Origin: a virus
Lineage: Duplodnaviria; Heunggongvirae; Uroviricota; Caudoviricetes
Virus record (IMG/VR): IMGVR_UViG_643348547_000005
Span: 1 to 31,496 of that record
Direction: 5' to 3' (one strand)
DNA length: 31,496 bases
The notes under the pieces are model-generated. The model searched no databases. It was not told where the DNA came from and was given only the letters and a program-made list of their open reading frames with translations. Numbering within the stretch: position 1 is the stretch's first letter; every line of letters begins with the position of its first letter. The translations under genes were made by a program, and so were the position numbers. Shown piece by piece: positions 9,689 to 26,949 of this stretch.

Positions 9689-10912
9689 ATGATCAAAGAG
9701 ACTGTTACGATGAGTCATAAGGAACTCCACCGACTTCAGATTATTCAGGAACAAGCTGCGGCACGCATTGGCATTTCTATTCGGCAGGTTAAACGTCTGG
9801 TGCAACGGTATAGAAATGAAGGGCCTTCTGGTCTGGTTTCCCACCGACGTGGAAAGCGTCCTAATAATTCCTTTTCTACTGAATTCAGAGCAACAGTAAT
9901 TTCACTCCTCAAAGGCCGTTACGCTGATTTTGGACCTACGTTTGCGTGCGAAAAATTGCGCGAGATACACGGTTTATCTTTATCCGTTGAAACTCTCAGA
10001 AAGTGGATGATAGAAGAGGGGTTATGGCGTGAACGCCGTCGTAAAATTGCCCGTATATATCAACGCCGCATGCGACGATCATCTTACGGTGAACTGATCC
10101 AGATTGATGGCTCACCTCATGACTGGTTTGAAAATCGAGGCCCCAGATGTACACTGATCGTTTTCATTGATGATGCCACCAGTGCGTTGATGGCGTTGCG
10201 TTTTGTGCCTGCTGAAACAACCCGGGCTTACATGGAAACCCTCCGGGGTTACCTTAATGATCATGGCGTACCGCTCGCTCTCTACTCTGATAGACACAGT
10301 ATATTCAGGGTAAATAACCCAGAGCGGGAAGGTGAGCTGACCCAGTTCACTCGTGCGATAAAGACACTGGGCATCGAGCCAATCCATGCCAACAGCCCGC
10401 AGGCAAAAGGGCGGGTAGAGCGCGCCAATCAGACACTACAGGACAGGCTGGTCAAAGAAATGCGGCTTCAGAATATCAGTGATATTGAAACAGCAAATGC
10501 ATGGTTGCCGACCTTTATTGAAGCCTATAACAACCGGTTCGCTACGTCGCCTCGTACTACTGATAATGCTCATCTTGATGTGCACCATTCTGAAGAGGAA
10601 CTGGGTTATATCTTCAGCCTACAGGCGAAGCGCGTTCTGTCTAAAAATCTCACTTTCCAGTACAAAAGCAGTGCGTTTCAGGTACGCAGTGAGGGTCGGG
10701 GATATCGACTTAGGCATTCGGTTGTTACTGTATGCGAGAACTTTGACGGTGAAATTAACGTTCTGTATGACGGGAAAGCGCTGGGCTGGGAAAAGTATGT
10801 TGATGGCCCGGAGCCTATACCACTGGATGATGAAAAGAGTGTCCATGAACGAGTGGATAATGCCCGTATTGATTTACGCTCAAAATACTATGTTAAACCT
10901 AAAGCTGACTGA
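9689..10912 (+). CDS. IS481/ISNCY-like DDE transposase (HTH + rve integrase core), 3' end cut by IS600
   Basis: 407 aa; N-terminal HTH (…AAARIGISIRQVKRLVQRYRNEGPSGLVSHRRGKRP…), then rve-type core with IQIDGSPHDW (D), LYSDRHSIF (D) and SPQAKGRVERANQTL (E). The stop codon TGA (10910..10912) is supplied by the first bases of IS600. Confidence 0.6.
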   Translation: MIKETVTMSHKELHRLQIIQEQAAARIGISIRQVKRLVQRYRNEGPSGLVSHRRGKRPNNSFSTEFRATVISLLKGRYADFGPTFACEKLREIHGLSLSVETLRKWMIEEGLWRERRRKIARIYQRRMRRSSYGELIQIDGSPHDWFENRGPRCTLIVFIDDATSALMALRFVPAETTRAYMETLRGYLNDHGVPLALYSDRHSIFRVNNPEREGELTQFTRAIKTLGIEPIHANSPQAKGRVERANQTLQDRLVKEMRLQNISDIETANAWLPTFIEAYNNRFATSPRTTDNAHLDVHHSEEELGYIFSLQAKRVLSKNLTFQYKSSAFQVRSEGRGYRLRHSVVTVCENFDGEINVLYDGKALGWEKYVDGPEPIPLDDEKSVHERVDNARIDLRSKYYVKPKAD

Positions 10913-10973
10913 GGTAGCCTGAGTTTAACGGACACTCCTTCCTGAAATAGAATGGCATCAGAAGGAGCTAATA

Positions 10974-11276
10974 ATGAGCAGAAAAAACCAACGTTACTCT
11001 AAAGAGTTCAAAGCCGAAGCTGTCAGAACGGTTCTTGAAAATCAACTTTCGATCAGCGAAGGCGCTTCCCGATTATCTCTTCCTGAAGGCACTTTAGGAC
11101 AATGGGTTACCGCCGCCAGAAAAGGGCTCGGTACTCCTGGTTCCCGCACGGTGGCTGAACTGGAATCTGAAATTCTGCAACTGCGTAAGGCGTTAAATGA
11201 AGCTCGCCTTGAGCGAGATATATTAAAAAAAGCAACAGCGTATTTTGCACAGGAGTCGCTGAAAAATACGCGTTAA
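10974..11276 (+). CDS. IS600 OrfA
   Basis: 100-aa ORF MSRKNQRYSKEFKAEAVRTVLENQLSISEGASRLSL… with a C-terminal leucine-zipper-like segment (LESEILQLRKALNEARLERDILKK). Confidence 0.8.
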   Translation: MSRKNQRYSKEFKAEAVRTVLENQLSISEGASRLSLPEGTLGQWVTAARKGLGTPGSRTVAELESEILQLRKALNEARLERDILKKATAYFAQESLKNTR

Positions 11277-11311
11277 TCGAACAATGGCGACAACAATTTC
11301 CCATTGAAGCG

Positions 11312-12130
11312 ATGTGTCAGGTATTTGGTGTATCCAGGAGCGGTTATTACAACTGGGTACAGCATGAACCCTCAGACAGAAAACAAAGTGATGAGCGGCT
11401 AAAACTGGAGATTAAGGTGGCACATATCCGCACTCGCGAAACATATGGAACCCGGCGGCTCCAGACGGAGCTGGCAGAGAATGGCATCATCGTTGGTCGT
11501 GACCGACTGGCACGTCTTCGTAAGGAGCTAAGGCTACGCTGTAAGCAGAAACGCAAGTTCAGAGCGACTACGAACCCGAACCACAATCTGCCAGTTGCGC
11601 CAAATCTGCTGAACCAGACGTTCACTCCTACAGCACCAAATCAGGTCTGGGTGGCGGACCTGACGTATGTTGCCACACAGGAGGGATGGTTGTACCTCGC
11701 TGGCATCAAAGATGTTTATACGTGCGAAATTGTCGGCTACGCCATGGGAGAGCGCATGACAAAAGAGCTGACAGGTAAAGCCCTGTTTATGGCGCTCAGG
11801 AGCCAGCGCCCACCTGCCGGGCTAATCCACCACTCTGATCGAGGTTCACAGTACTGCGCATACGATTACCGGGTCATACAGGAGCAGTTTGGTCTGAAAA
11901 CATCAATGTCGCGTAAAGGTAACTGTTACGACAACGCTCCGATGGAAAGCTTCTGGGGAACGCTGAAAAATGAGAGCCTGAGCCACTATCGTTTTAATAA
12001 CCGGGATGAAGCCATCTCAGTAATACGGGAATACATTGAGATTTTCTACAATCGTCAGCGTCGTCACTCTCGTCTGGGGAATATCTCCCCGGCAGCCTTC
12101 AGGGAAAAATATCATCAGATGGCTGCTTAA
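11312..12130 (+). CDS. IS600 OrfB (DDE transposase; probably made as OrfAB fusion by -1 frameshifting)
   Basis: 272 aa from the first ATG; the frame is already open upstream to about 11261, overlapping the orfA end. DDE context: WVADLTYV, HHSDRGSQY, CYDNAPMESFWGTLKNE. Confidence 0.8.
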   Translation: MCQVFGVSRSGYYNWVQHEPSDRKQSDERLKLEIKVAHIRTRETYGTRRLQTELAENGIIVGRDRLARLRKELRLRCKQKRKFRATTNPNHNLPVAPNLLNQTFTPTAPNQVWVADLTYVATQEGWLYLAGIKDVYTCEIVGYAMGERMTKELTGKALFMALRSQRPPAGLIHHSDRGSQYCAYDYRVIQEQFGLKTSMSRKGNCYDNAPMESFWGTLKNESLSHYRFNNRDEAISVIREYIEIFYNRQRRHSRLGNISPAAFREKYHQMAA

Positions 12131-12173
12131 AAAAAGAACAAATGGTTGTGTCCGCTATTGCCAGTACACCTCA

Positions 12174-14871
<2,698 letters not shown>

Positions 14872-14902
14872 ATGATTTTTGCTGAAGATGGCGACATGAT
14901 GT

Positions 14903-14931
14903 TTGCATTTTTCAAAAAATATGGATAAAAT
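14903..14931 (+). promoter_or_regulatory. PR'-like late promoter (sigma-70 -35 TTGCAT / 17 bp / -10 TAAAAT)
   Basis: TTGCAT at 14903..14908 and TAAAAT at 14926..14931 with 17-bp spacing, about 30 bp downstream of the Q stop; followed by CAACGATGGG, resembling the lambda PR' start region. Confidence 0.4.
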
Positions 14932-14974
14932 TTTTTCAACGATGGGCTTTGTATACCCGACGTTAAGAAAAAGT

Positions 14975-15007
14975 AGAAAACCCGCTGATGAGCGGGTTTT
15001 GTGCTTT
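14975..15007 (+). terminator. tR'-like intrinsic terminator
   Basis: AGAAAA-CCCGC-tgatga-GCGGG-TTTTGTGCTTT: GC stem, U-tract, A-tract upstream; about 45 to 60 nt downstream of the putative PR' start. Confidence 0.5.
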
Positions 15008-15292
15008 AAATGGGGCAATGGTAATGTTGAATCTCATCCCGGGACTCATGTCTGTTAACTTATTATTTAGCTGGTGACTTGGTTATTTGCCTGATGTTTA
15101 AAATGTTTTCTTCCAGTACAATGTCCCTAAACACAATGAGTCTGCTTATTATATTATTAGCAGAGCTATTACGGCCAAAGTACAGCATAAGCTTTTAAAG
15201 CCAATCAACCAGTCATCAAGACAGACGGGGTTATTCATAAAAACTCTCCATGTGTGATCCGATGGGGCCTGAAATTAAAGCTTTAATATAGC

Positions 15293-15505
15293 TCATGAAA
15301 GGTAAACATTGGCAGCTGAAGGGCCACGCAGACCATTTATCCGGCAAAATTCCACGCGTAATCCGGTGGTAATTTCTTCTGCATCGCGGAGATTGAGCGC
15401 TGAAACATGAAGCTGGACATCGATACGACCATCGGATGGGGTGATAAGACCCTTGCCGCTTTTGCCGTCAAAGGTTTTGACAATTCCTGTCATTTTACGG
15501 GACAA
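15293..15505 (-). CDS. cspF: cold-shock-domain protein, CspF/CspH-like
   Basis: 70 aa [31 protein letters not shown]…[10 protein letters not shown]; CSD fold with degenerate RNP motifs as in CspF/CspH. Confidence 0.7.
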
Positions 15506-15805
15506 AAAAATTCCTTAATACTGATAACTTGGCGCACTATACACACGTTCCTGAAGAAAGCTATAGTTTTTTGATGGGGTTGAAGATGGCTGGATGTCTA
15601 AAATAAACATTGCTTCATATGTTCAACTATGCGTTAATGATTGCGTCGGTTTGAAGAACAGACGATATACGAAGTAGTTTACTAAAGCAGTTCTCATTTC
15701 AGGTGTTATTCACTTATTCCTTCTTTGAGTCTCTCCAATTAAGTACGAAGTCGTTTCTGTTATGCAAACCATTTATGCCGAAAGGCTCAAGTTAAGGAAT
15801 GTAGA

Positions 15806-16021
15806 ATGTCAAATAAAATGACTGGTTTAGTAAAATGGTTTAACGCTGATAAAGGTTTCGGCTTTATTTCTCCTGTTGATGGTAGTAAAGATGTGTTTGT
15901 GCATTTTTCTGCGATTCAGAATGATAATTATCGAACCTTATTTGAAGGTCAAAAGGTTACCTTCTCTATAGAGAGTGGTGCTAAAGGTCCTGCAGCAGCA
16001 AATGTCATCATTACTGATTAA
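15806..16021 (+). CDS. cspB: cold shock protein CspB-like
   Basis: 71 aa [38 protein letters not shown]… with RNP1 (KGFGFI) and RNP2 (VFVHF). Confidence 0.8.
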   Translation: MSNKMTGLVKWFNADKGFGFISPVDGSKDVFVHFSAIQNDNYRTLFEGQKVTFSIESGAKGPAAANVIITD

Positions 16022-16302
16022 AATTCATCGCTCGTCTGTATACGATAACGAAGAAGGCTGATGCCTGAGTAGAGATACGGACAGAGTAGTGAATATTGGA
16101 TCTCTTTAATAAAAAGTAAGGAGGTCCAATACATGAAACAATGGCTAGCATATTTGGCAAAATCTTAATCAGGAAAAGTATGCTAACCATTGTGGTGAAG
16201 TGCAGGTTTGCTGCATGAATAGTTTTACAGCAGAAGCTAACTGCTGGCATGGCAAAACAAAGTGCGTAAGTGGATGACTCCCACAAAAAGCACCACAATC
16301 TC

Positions 16303-16326
16303 AAACCCGCTCAGGCGGGTTTTTTA
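16303..16326 (+). terminator. intrinsic terminator downstream of cspB
   Basis: AAACCCGC-tcag-GCGGGTTT followed by TTTTTATT. Confidence 0.6.
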
Positions 16327-16384
16327 TTATCTGCTTTAAATATATTATTAAAATATAAAAAATACTTGTTACTAATAAAATCAA

Positions 16385-16606
16385 TCAGGCTACAGCTTTA
16401 AGATTTGTCTGGAATACTTTGTTGCAATGAGGGCAGATCAAAAGGGCACCTTTTTGTACTCTTGAAAAACTGTGTTCTGACTCTTGGGTGCAGTTTGGGC
16501 AGGAACATTTAACGAGATAATTACGGCGTGATTTTGAGTTTTTACGTTCTGACATAGGCTTTTCCTGTATAAATGGCCGTATACAGTACACTAAATATGA
16601 AAACAT
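16385..16606 (-). CDS. small zinc-ribbon protein, hypothetical
   Basis: 73-aa ORF (possibly starting at the internal Met MSERKN…) with C-x-C-P-x-C … C-P-x-C spacing (KCSCPNC…ICPHCNK). Confidence 0.35.
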   Translation of the reverse strand: MFSYLVYCIRPFIQEKPMSERKNSKSRRNYLVKCSCPNCTQESEHSFSRVQKGALLICPHCNKVFQTNLKAVA

Positions 16607-16764
16607 TTCTCGTATTATTATTTTATATATGACTTTCTTTCAAAATAATTACCCACATTTTTAATGTGTATGTTTTTTTAGCGCCGTTGAGAACAACGTG
16701 TGCTGTCAAAACTACCCCGTAGACTCCGATCTTTTCAAACATATTGCACCATCCGTGTACATCG

Positions 16765-16990
16765 GGGTGAGGATATGAAATCAATGGATAAGTTAACAAC
16801 AGGTGTTGCCTATGGCACATCGGCGGGTAATGCTGGTTTCTGGGCATTGCAGTTACTCGATAAAGTAACTCCGTCACAGTGGGCTGCAATCGGTGTGCTG
16901 GGTAGCCTGGTTTTTGGCCTGCTGACGTATCTGACAAATCTTTATTTCAAGATTAAAGAAGACAGGCGTAAGGCTGCGAGAGGAGAGTAA
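16765..16990 (+). CDS. S: phage-21-type pinholin (class II holin S21-like) with dual-start motif
   Basis: ATG AAA TCA ATG (M-K-S-M) dual start preceded by GAGGA; two TM segments (…GFWALQLL… and …[23 protein letters not shown]…); basic C-terminus. Confidence 0.8.
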
Positions 16991-16994
16991 TCCA

Positions 16995-17302
16995 ATGACT
17001 CAAGACTATGAACTGGTTGTGAAAGGAGTCCGTAATTTTGAGAATAAAGTTACGGTAACTGTAGCCTTACAGGACAAAGAACGCTTTGACGGTGAAATTT
17101 TTGACCTGGATGTCGCCATGGACCGTGTTGAAGGAGCTGCGCTGGAGTTTTATGAGGCAGCAGCCAGAAGGAGCGTCCGGCAAGTCTTCCTGGAAGTAGC
17201 AGAAAAATTGTCAGAAAAAGTTGAGTCTTATCTGCAGCATCAGTACTCCTTTAAGATTGAAAATCCTGCCAATAAGCACGAGCGTCCTCATCATAAATAT
17301 CT

Positions 17303-17306
<4 letters not shown>
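16995..17306 (+). CDS. ydfR: lysis-cassette hypothetical protein (YdfR-like)
   Basis: 103-aa ORF between holin and endolysin, overlapping the endolysin start; same position and size as YdfR in Qin-type prophages. Confidence 0.5.
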
Positions 17307-18330
<1,024 letters not shown>

Positions 18331-18692
18331 GGTAATATTAAATCGGAACATTTACATCGCGGAATGTAAAATTTAAATAAAAAGGACTCTTCCATGAGCC
18401 AAAATTCCTGAAATCTTAAGGGTAAGATAAAAGGTCTTAATCAGAATGACACGTTTTATTAATAAATAAAGCTATTCTTTCATTGCTGTGTTTTTCTTTA
18501 CAAAAGTAATCCTTGCTATGGGTGGTTAATCATGCGTTAATGGTGTTCTGGTTTGTTACAAATTTATCTGAAGCAGTCATTGTTATAATTTTATTATTTG
18601 TACCTCTTGAGATTTCCTTGTTGGTTTTTCTCTCTGATATTTTTTTTCGGACCATTCTGCCCAAGGGCTAATTTCTTCAAAAGGTAATAATT

Positions 18693-18905
18693 ATGTCTAA
18701 CAAAATGACTGGTTTAGTGAAATGGTTTAACCCTGAAAAAGGTTTTGGTTTCATCACGCCGAAAGATGGCAGCAAAGATGTGTTTGTCCATTTCTCAGCA
18801 ATTCAGAGCAACGATTTCAAAACATTAACTGAGAATCAGGAAGTTGAATTTGGTATTGAGAACGGACCTAAAGGTCCTGCCGCTGTTCATGTAGTGGCGC
18901 TTTGA
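18693..18905 (+). CDS. cspI: cold shock protein CspI-like
   Basis: 70 aa [45 protein letters not shown]…. Confidence 0.8.
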   Translation: MSNKMTGLVKWFNPEKGFGFITPKDGSKDVFVHFSAIQSNDFKTLTENQEVEFGIENGPKGPAAVHVVAL

Positions 18906-19109
18906 GGTAGACAATATTACAAACCATATTCACTTTAGATGCCCGTGTTGTCATGGTTCCCAGTATAGAACATCATCTTTTGATGTTTCTGACATGAATC
19001 CTTTCGGGGCAAAATGTATCTTTTGTAAATCAATGATGATTACATTTGATAATATTTCACAATACTTAAATGCCAGCCGTCTGTCGTTGGATTTAAAAAA
19101 GTGAAAATG

Positions 19110-19132
19110 AAGGCTCCTTCGGGAGCTTTTTT
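19110..19132 (+). terminator. intrinsic terminator
   Basis: AAGGCTCC-ttcg-GGAGCTTT followed by TTTTTT. Confidence 0.6.
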
Positions 19133-19176
19133 GCTTGGTGTCTATTCGATGGATACTCACATACTACGGTAACATC

Positions 19177-19407
19177 ATGAAAAAAATCATAGTTTTTTTT
19201 AACTCTGAACCAGCAGTGGTAGTGCCAGCGATGACTGGAGTTAACACCATCATGCGTGAATATCCAAATGGCGAAAAAACACACCTTACTGTAATGGCCG
19301 CAGGGTTTCCATCTCTGACCGGAGATCATAAAGTCATTTATGTAGCCGCGGATCGACATGTTACTTCAGAAGAAATTCTGGAAGCAGCAATAAGGCTCTT
19401 GAGTTGA
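19177..19407 (+). CDS. hypothetical protein
   Basis: 76-aa ORF MKKIIVFFNSEPAVVVPAMTG…; no motif recognised. Confidence 0.35.
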   Translation: MKKIIVFFNSEPAVVVPAMTGVNTIMREYPNGEKTHLTVMAAGFPSLTGDHKVIYVAADRHVTSEEILEAAIRLLS

Positions 19408-19575
19408 TTTGATGCTATTGCATTGATAATTCAGGAAAATTCTCTTTGTCTGTTTGTGTAAAATTTAGACTATCGTATGTTGATTATTGCGATGTTTCAT
19501 CTTATCTTTTACACGTTTGCACCATATAATCGACTTACTGTGTAACTGGAAAGTCATAACAGACTAAAAGAGGAA

Positions 19576-19752
19576 ATGATGAATATTGAAAACTTAAAAA
19601 CAAAAGCAGAAGCAGATATTTCTGAATATATAACAAAAAAAATTATTGAACTTAAGAAAAAGACCGGGAAAGAAGTTACCAGTATTCAGTTTACCGCACG
19701 GGAAAAAATGACGGGTCTTGAAAGCTATGATGTCAAGATTAATTTAATCTGA
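19576..19752 (+). CDS. gnsB: GnsA/GnsB-family small protein
   Basis: 58 aa MMNIENLKTKAEADISEYITKKIIELKKKTGKEVTSIQFTAREKMTGLESYDVKINLI, resembling GnsB of Qin-type prophages; AGAGGAAA SD upstream. Confidence 0.65.
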   Translation: MMNIENLKTKAEADISEYITKKIIELKKKTGKEVTSIQFTAREKMTGLESYDVKINLI

Positions 19753-19903
19753 TGTATTCAATAATAAAATTTATCCATAAACCTCGTTTTTACGGGGTTT
19801 TGTTATATTTGAATGGTTCCGAATATCTAAATCACAATTGTTGATGGTTTTTATTAAACCAATGCAGTCCGGCTCAGGAGTGAGAGAAGCCGGACGTTAT
19901 GGT

Positions 19904-20329
19904 TTAGAGTGGTAAGATCTGTGTAGTTTTCTGGATGCTTTCAGTAAATAGTAATGAATTATCAAAGGTATAGTAATATCTTTTTTGTTCGTGGATATTT
20001 GTAACCCACCGAAAAACTCCTGCTTTAGCAAGGTTTCTTCTGTATTCCTGAAATGTGATCTCTCTGGATTTCAGCTTATTAGAGGTCGTTTCTATAAGAT
20101 GCCTATCCTTTGAAAATTTGACAGACACAATGTTTTTTAGGCCCTTTAATAACACTGTATTATCATTTTTTAATACAATATGAACATTCTCTGTGGCTAA
20201 ATAGTAAATGTAATGTGAGACATTGTGACGTTTTAGCTCAGAATAAAACCATTGATAGTTTAAATCGTTTCGAACTTTATCAAATATTTGTTTAAAAATG
20301 ACTACCTGATCCATAGATAAACCTTCCAT
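19904..20329 (-). CDS. ydfO: DUF1398-type protein (YdfO-like)
   Basis: 141-aa ORF in the Qin-like position between gnsB and cos; assignment from recollection of YdfO, not verified. Confidence 0.5.
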
Positions 20330-20371
20330 GTGATATGAGGGGGCGTAGTCTGCACGATTATCTAAATTGCT

Positions 20372-20605
20372 TCAATCTGGTCTGACCTGTTTTCTGAGCA
20401 ATTCAGTAATGTCACTCTTTTCTTTGTTTGCTTCAGAAGAAACTCTTTTTTCTGAGCACAGTCTCCGGCGGCAGGCTTCAATGACCCAGGCTGAGAAATT
20501 CCCGGACCCTTTTTGCTCAAGAGCGATGTTAATTTGTTCAATCATTTGGTTAGGAAAGCGGATGTTGCGGGTTGTTGTTCTGCGGGTTCTGTTCTTCGTT
20601 GACAT
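20372..20605 (-). CDS. small ribbon-helix-helix-like DNA-binding protein (lambda-right-end ORF homolog)
   Basis: 77 aa; basic N-terminus then RFPNQMIEQINIALEQ…NFSAWVIEACRRRL (beta-strand plus two helices, RHH-like); DNA matches the lambda genome right end just before cos. Confidence 0.5.
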   Translation of the reverse strand: MSTKNRTRRTTTRNIRFPNQMIEQINIALEQKGSGNFSAWVIEACRRRLCSEKRVSSEANKEKSDITELLRKQVRPD

Positions 20606-20639
20606 GAGGTTGCCCCGTATTCAGTGTCGCTGATTTGTA

Positions 20640-20990
20640 TTGTCTGAAGTTGTTTTTACGTTAAGTTGATGCAGATCAATTAATACGATACCTGCGTCAT
20701 AATTGATTATTTGACGTGGTTTGATGGCCTCCACGCACGTTGTGATATGTAGATGATAATCATTATCACTTTACGGGTCCTTTCCGGTGATCCGACAGGT
20801 TACGGGGCGGCGACCTCGCGGGTTTTCGCTATTTATGAAAATTTTCCGGTTTAAGGCGTTTCCGTTCTTCTTCGTCGTAACTTAATGTTTTTATTTAAAA
20901 TACCCCCTGAAAAGAAAGGAAACGACAGGTGCTGAAAACGAACTTTTGGGCCTCTGTCGTTTCCTTTCTCTGTTTTTGGCCGTGGAATGA
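20640..20990. promoter_or_regulatory. cos: lambda-type cos region (cosQ - cosN - cosB)
   Basis: …GGTGATCCGACAGGTTACG | GGGCGGCGACCT | CGCGGGTTTTCGCTATTTATGAAAATTTTCCGGTTTAAGGCGTTTCCGTTCTTC… matches the lambda right-end/left-end junction. The 12-nt cohesive end GGGCGGCGACCT is at 20806..20817 and CGTTTCC R-site-like repeats follow. Confidence 0.85.
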
Positions 20991-20993
20991 ACA

Positions 20994-21513
20994 ATGGAAG
21001 TCAACAAAAAGCAGCTGGCTGACATTTTCGGTGCGAGTATCCGTACCATTCAGAACTGGCAGGAACAGGGAATGCCCGTTCTGCGAGGCGGTGGCAAGGG
21101 TAATGAGGTGCTTTATGACTCTGCCGCCGTTATAAAATGGTATGCCGAAAGGGATGCTGAAATTGAGAACGAAAAGCTGCGCCGGGAAGTTGAAGAACTG
21201 CGGCAGGCCAGCGAGACAGATCTCCAGCCAGGGACTATTGAGTACGAACGCCACCGACTTACGCGTGCACAGGCCGACGCACAGGAGCTGAAAAATGCCA
21301 GAGACTCCGCTGAAGTGGTGGAAACCGCATTCTGTACTTTCGTGCTGTCGCGGATCGCAGGTGAAATTGCCAGTATTCTCGACGGGATCCCCCTGTCGGT
21401 GCAGCGGCGTTTTCCGGAACTGGAAAACCGACATGTTGATTTCCTGAAACGGGATATCATCAAAGCCATGAACAAAGCAGCCGCGCTGGATGAACTGATA
21501 CCGGGGTTGCTGA

Positions 21514-21539
<26 letters not shown>
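20994..21539 (+). CDS. nu1: terminase small subunit Nu1
   Basis: 181 aa MEVNKKQLADIFGASIRTIQNWQEQGMPV…, near-identical to lambda Nu1 as recalled. Confidence 0.9.
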
Positions 21540-25220
<3,681 letters not shown>

Positions 25221-25240
<20 letters not shown>

Positions 25241-26552
25241 TCTCCCGCATATTGCCAGCATGGCCTTTAATGAGCCGCTGATGCTTGAACCCGCCTATGC
25301 GCGGGTTTTCTTTTGTGCGCTTGCAGGCCAGCTTGGGATCAGCCGCCTGACGGATGCGGTGTCCGCCGACAGCCTGACTGCCCAGGAGGCACTCGCGACG
25401 CTGGCATTATCCGGTGATGATGACGGACCACGACAGGCCTGCAGTTATCAGGTCATGAACGGCATCGCCGTGCTGCCGGTGTCCGGCACGCTGGTCAGCC
25501 GGACGCGGGCGCTGCAGCCGTACTCGGGGATGACCGGTTACAACGGCATTATCGCCCGTCTGCAACAGGCTGCCAGCGACCCGATGGTGGACGGCATTCT
25601 GCTCGATATGGACACGCCAGGCGGAATGGTGGCGGGGGCATTTGACTGCGCTGACATCATCGCCCGTGTGCGTGACATAAAACCGGTATGGGCGCTGGCC
25701 AACGACATGAACTGCAGTGCAGGTCAGCTGCTTGCCAGTGCCGCCTCCCGGCGCCTGGTCACGCAGACCGCCCGGACAGGCTCCATCGGCGTCATGATGG
25801 CTCACAGTAATTACGGTGCTGCCCTGGAGAAACAGGGTGTGGAAATCACGCTGATTTACAGCGGCAGCCATAAGGTGGATGGCAATCCCTACAGCCATCT
25901 TCCGGATGACGTCCGGGAGACACTGCAGTCCCGGATGGACGCAACCCGCCAGATGTTTGCGCAGAAGGTGTCGGCATATACCGGCCTGTCTGTGCAGGCT
26001 GTGCTGGATACCGAGGCTGCAGTGTACAGCGGTCAGGAGGCCATTGATGCCGGACTGGCTGATGAACTTGTTAACAGCACCGATGCGATCACCGTCATGC
26101 GTGATGCACTGGATGCGCGTAAATCCCGTCTCTCAGGAGGGCGAATGACCAAAGAGACTCAATCAACAACTGTTTCAGCCACTGCTTCGCAGGCTGACGT
26201 TACTGACGTGGTGCCAGCGACGGAGGGCGAAAACGCCAGCGCGGCGCAGCCGGACGTGAACGCGCAGATCACCGCAGCGGTTGCGGCAGAAAACAGCCGC
26301 ATTATGGGGATCCTCAACTGTGAGGAGGCTCACGGACGCGAAGAACAGGCGCGCGTTCTGGCAGAAACCCCCGGAATGACCGTGGAAACGGCCCGCCGCA
26401 TTCTGGCTGCAGCACCACAGAGTGCACAGGCGCGCAGTGACACTGCGCTGGATCGTCTGATGCAGGGTGCACCGGCACCGCTGGCTGCAGGTAACCTGGC
26501 ATCTGATACCAATAAAGAATTACTTAATACACCTGAAGCTTTACCGGTATAA
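25221..26552 (+). CDS. C: head protease / scaffold C (with internal Nu3-type scaffold start expected)
   Basis: GTG at 25221 preceded by GAGGAG gives VTAELRNLPHIASMAFNEPLML…, matching the lambda C N-terminus; the ORF-track start at 25086 is an upstream in-frame extension overlapping B. Confidence 0.8.
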
Positions 26553-26561
26553 GAGGCAGTT

Positions 26562-26894
26562 ATGGCGACAAAAGAAGAGTTTAACCATTACCAGCCGCTG
26601 GGTAACAGTGATCCGGCTCATACAGCAATTGCGCCTGGCGGATTGAGTGCGAAAACGCCTGCAATGACCCCGCTGATGCTGGATGGCACTACCCGTAAGC
26701 TGGTTGTGTGGGATGGCACCACCGACGGTGCAGCCGTTGGCATTCTGGCGGTTGCTGCTGACCAGACCAGCACCACACTGACGTTCTACAAGTCCGGCTC
26801 GTTCCGTTATGAGGATGTGCTCTGGCCGGAGGCTGCCAGCGACGAGACTAAAAAACGGACCGCGTTTGCCGGAACGGCAATCAGCATCGTTTAA
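26562..26894 (+). CDS. D: head decoration protein D
   Basis: 110 aa [31 protein letters not shown]…, lambda gpD-like. Confidence 0.9.
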   Translation: MATKEEFNHYQPLGNSDPAHTAIAPGGLSAKTPAMTPLMLDGTTRKLVVWDGTTDGAAVGILAVAADQTSTTLTFYKSGSFRYEDVLWPEAASDETKKRTAFAGTAISIV

Positions 26895-26911
26895 TCTTCC
26901 CCTTCATCAAC

Positions 26912-26937
26912 AAAGGCCGCCTGTGCGGCTTTTTTTA
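26912..26937 (+). terminator. stem-loop / intrinsic terminator between D and E
   Basis: AAAGGCCGC-ctgt-GCGGCTTT followed by TTTTTTATGG. Confidence 0.55.
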
Positions 26938-26949
26938 TGGAAATAATTT

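Larger units (their letters stand above)
10910..12173 (+). mobile_element. IS600-like IS3-family element (1264 bp)
   Basis: Starts TGAGGTAGCCTGAG… at 10910 and ends …GTGTCCGCTATTGCCAGTACACCTCA at 12173 (imperfect terminal IRs with TGAGGT termini); orfA/orfB pair in a -1 arrangement; length matches recalled IS600. Confidence 0.7.

Noticed and set aside
16011-16304. The 97-aa minus-strand ORF downstream of cspB
   Set aside because: Overlaps the cspB 3' end and terminator, has low-complexity hydrophobic content and no RBS; likely spurious.
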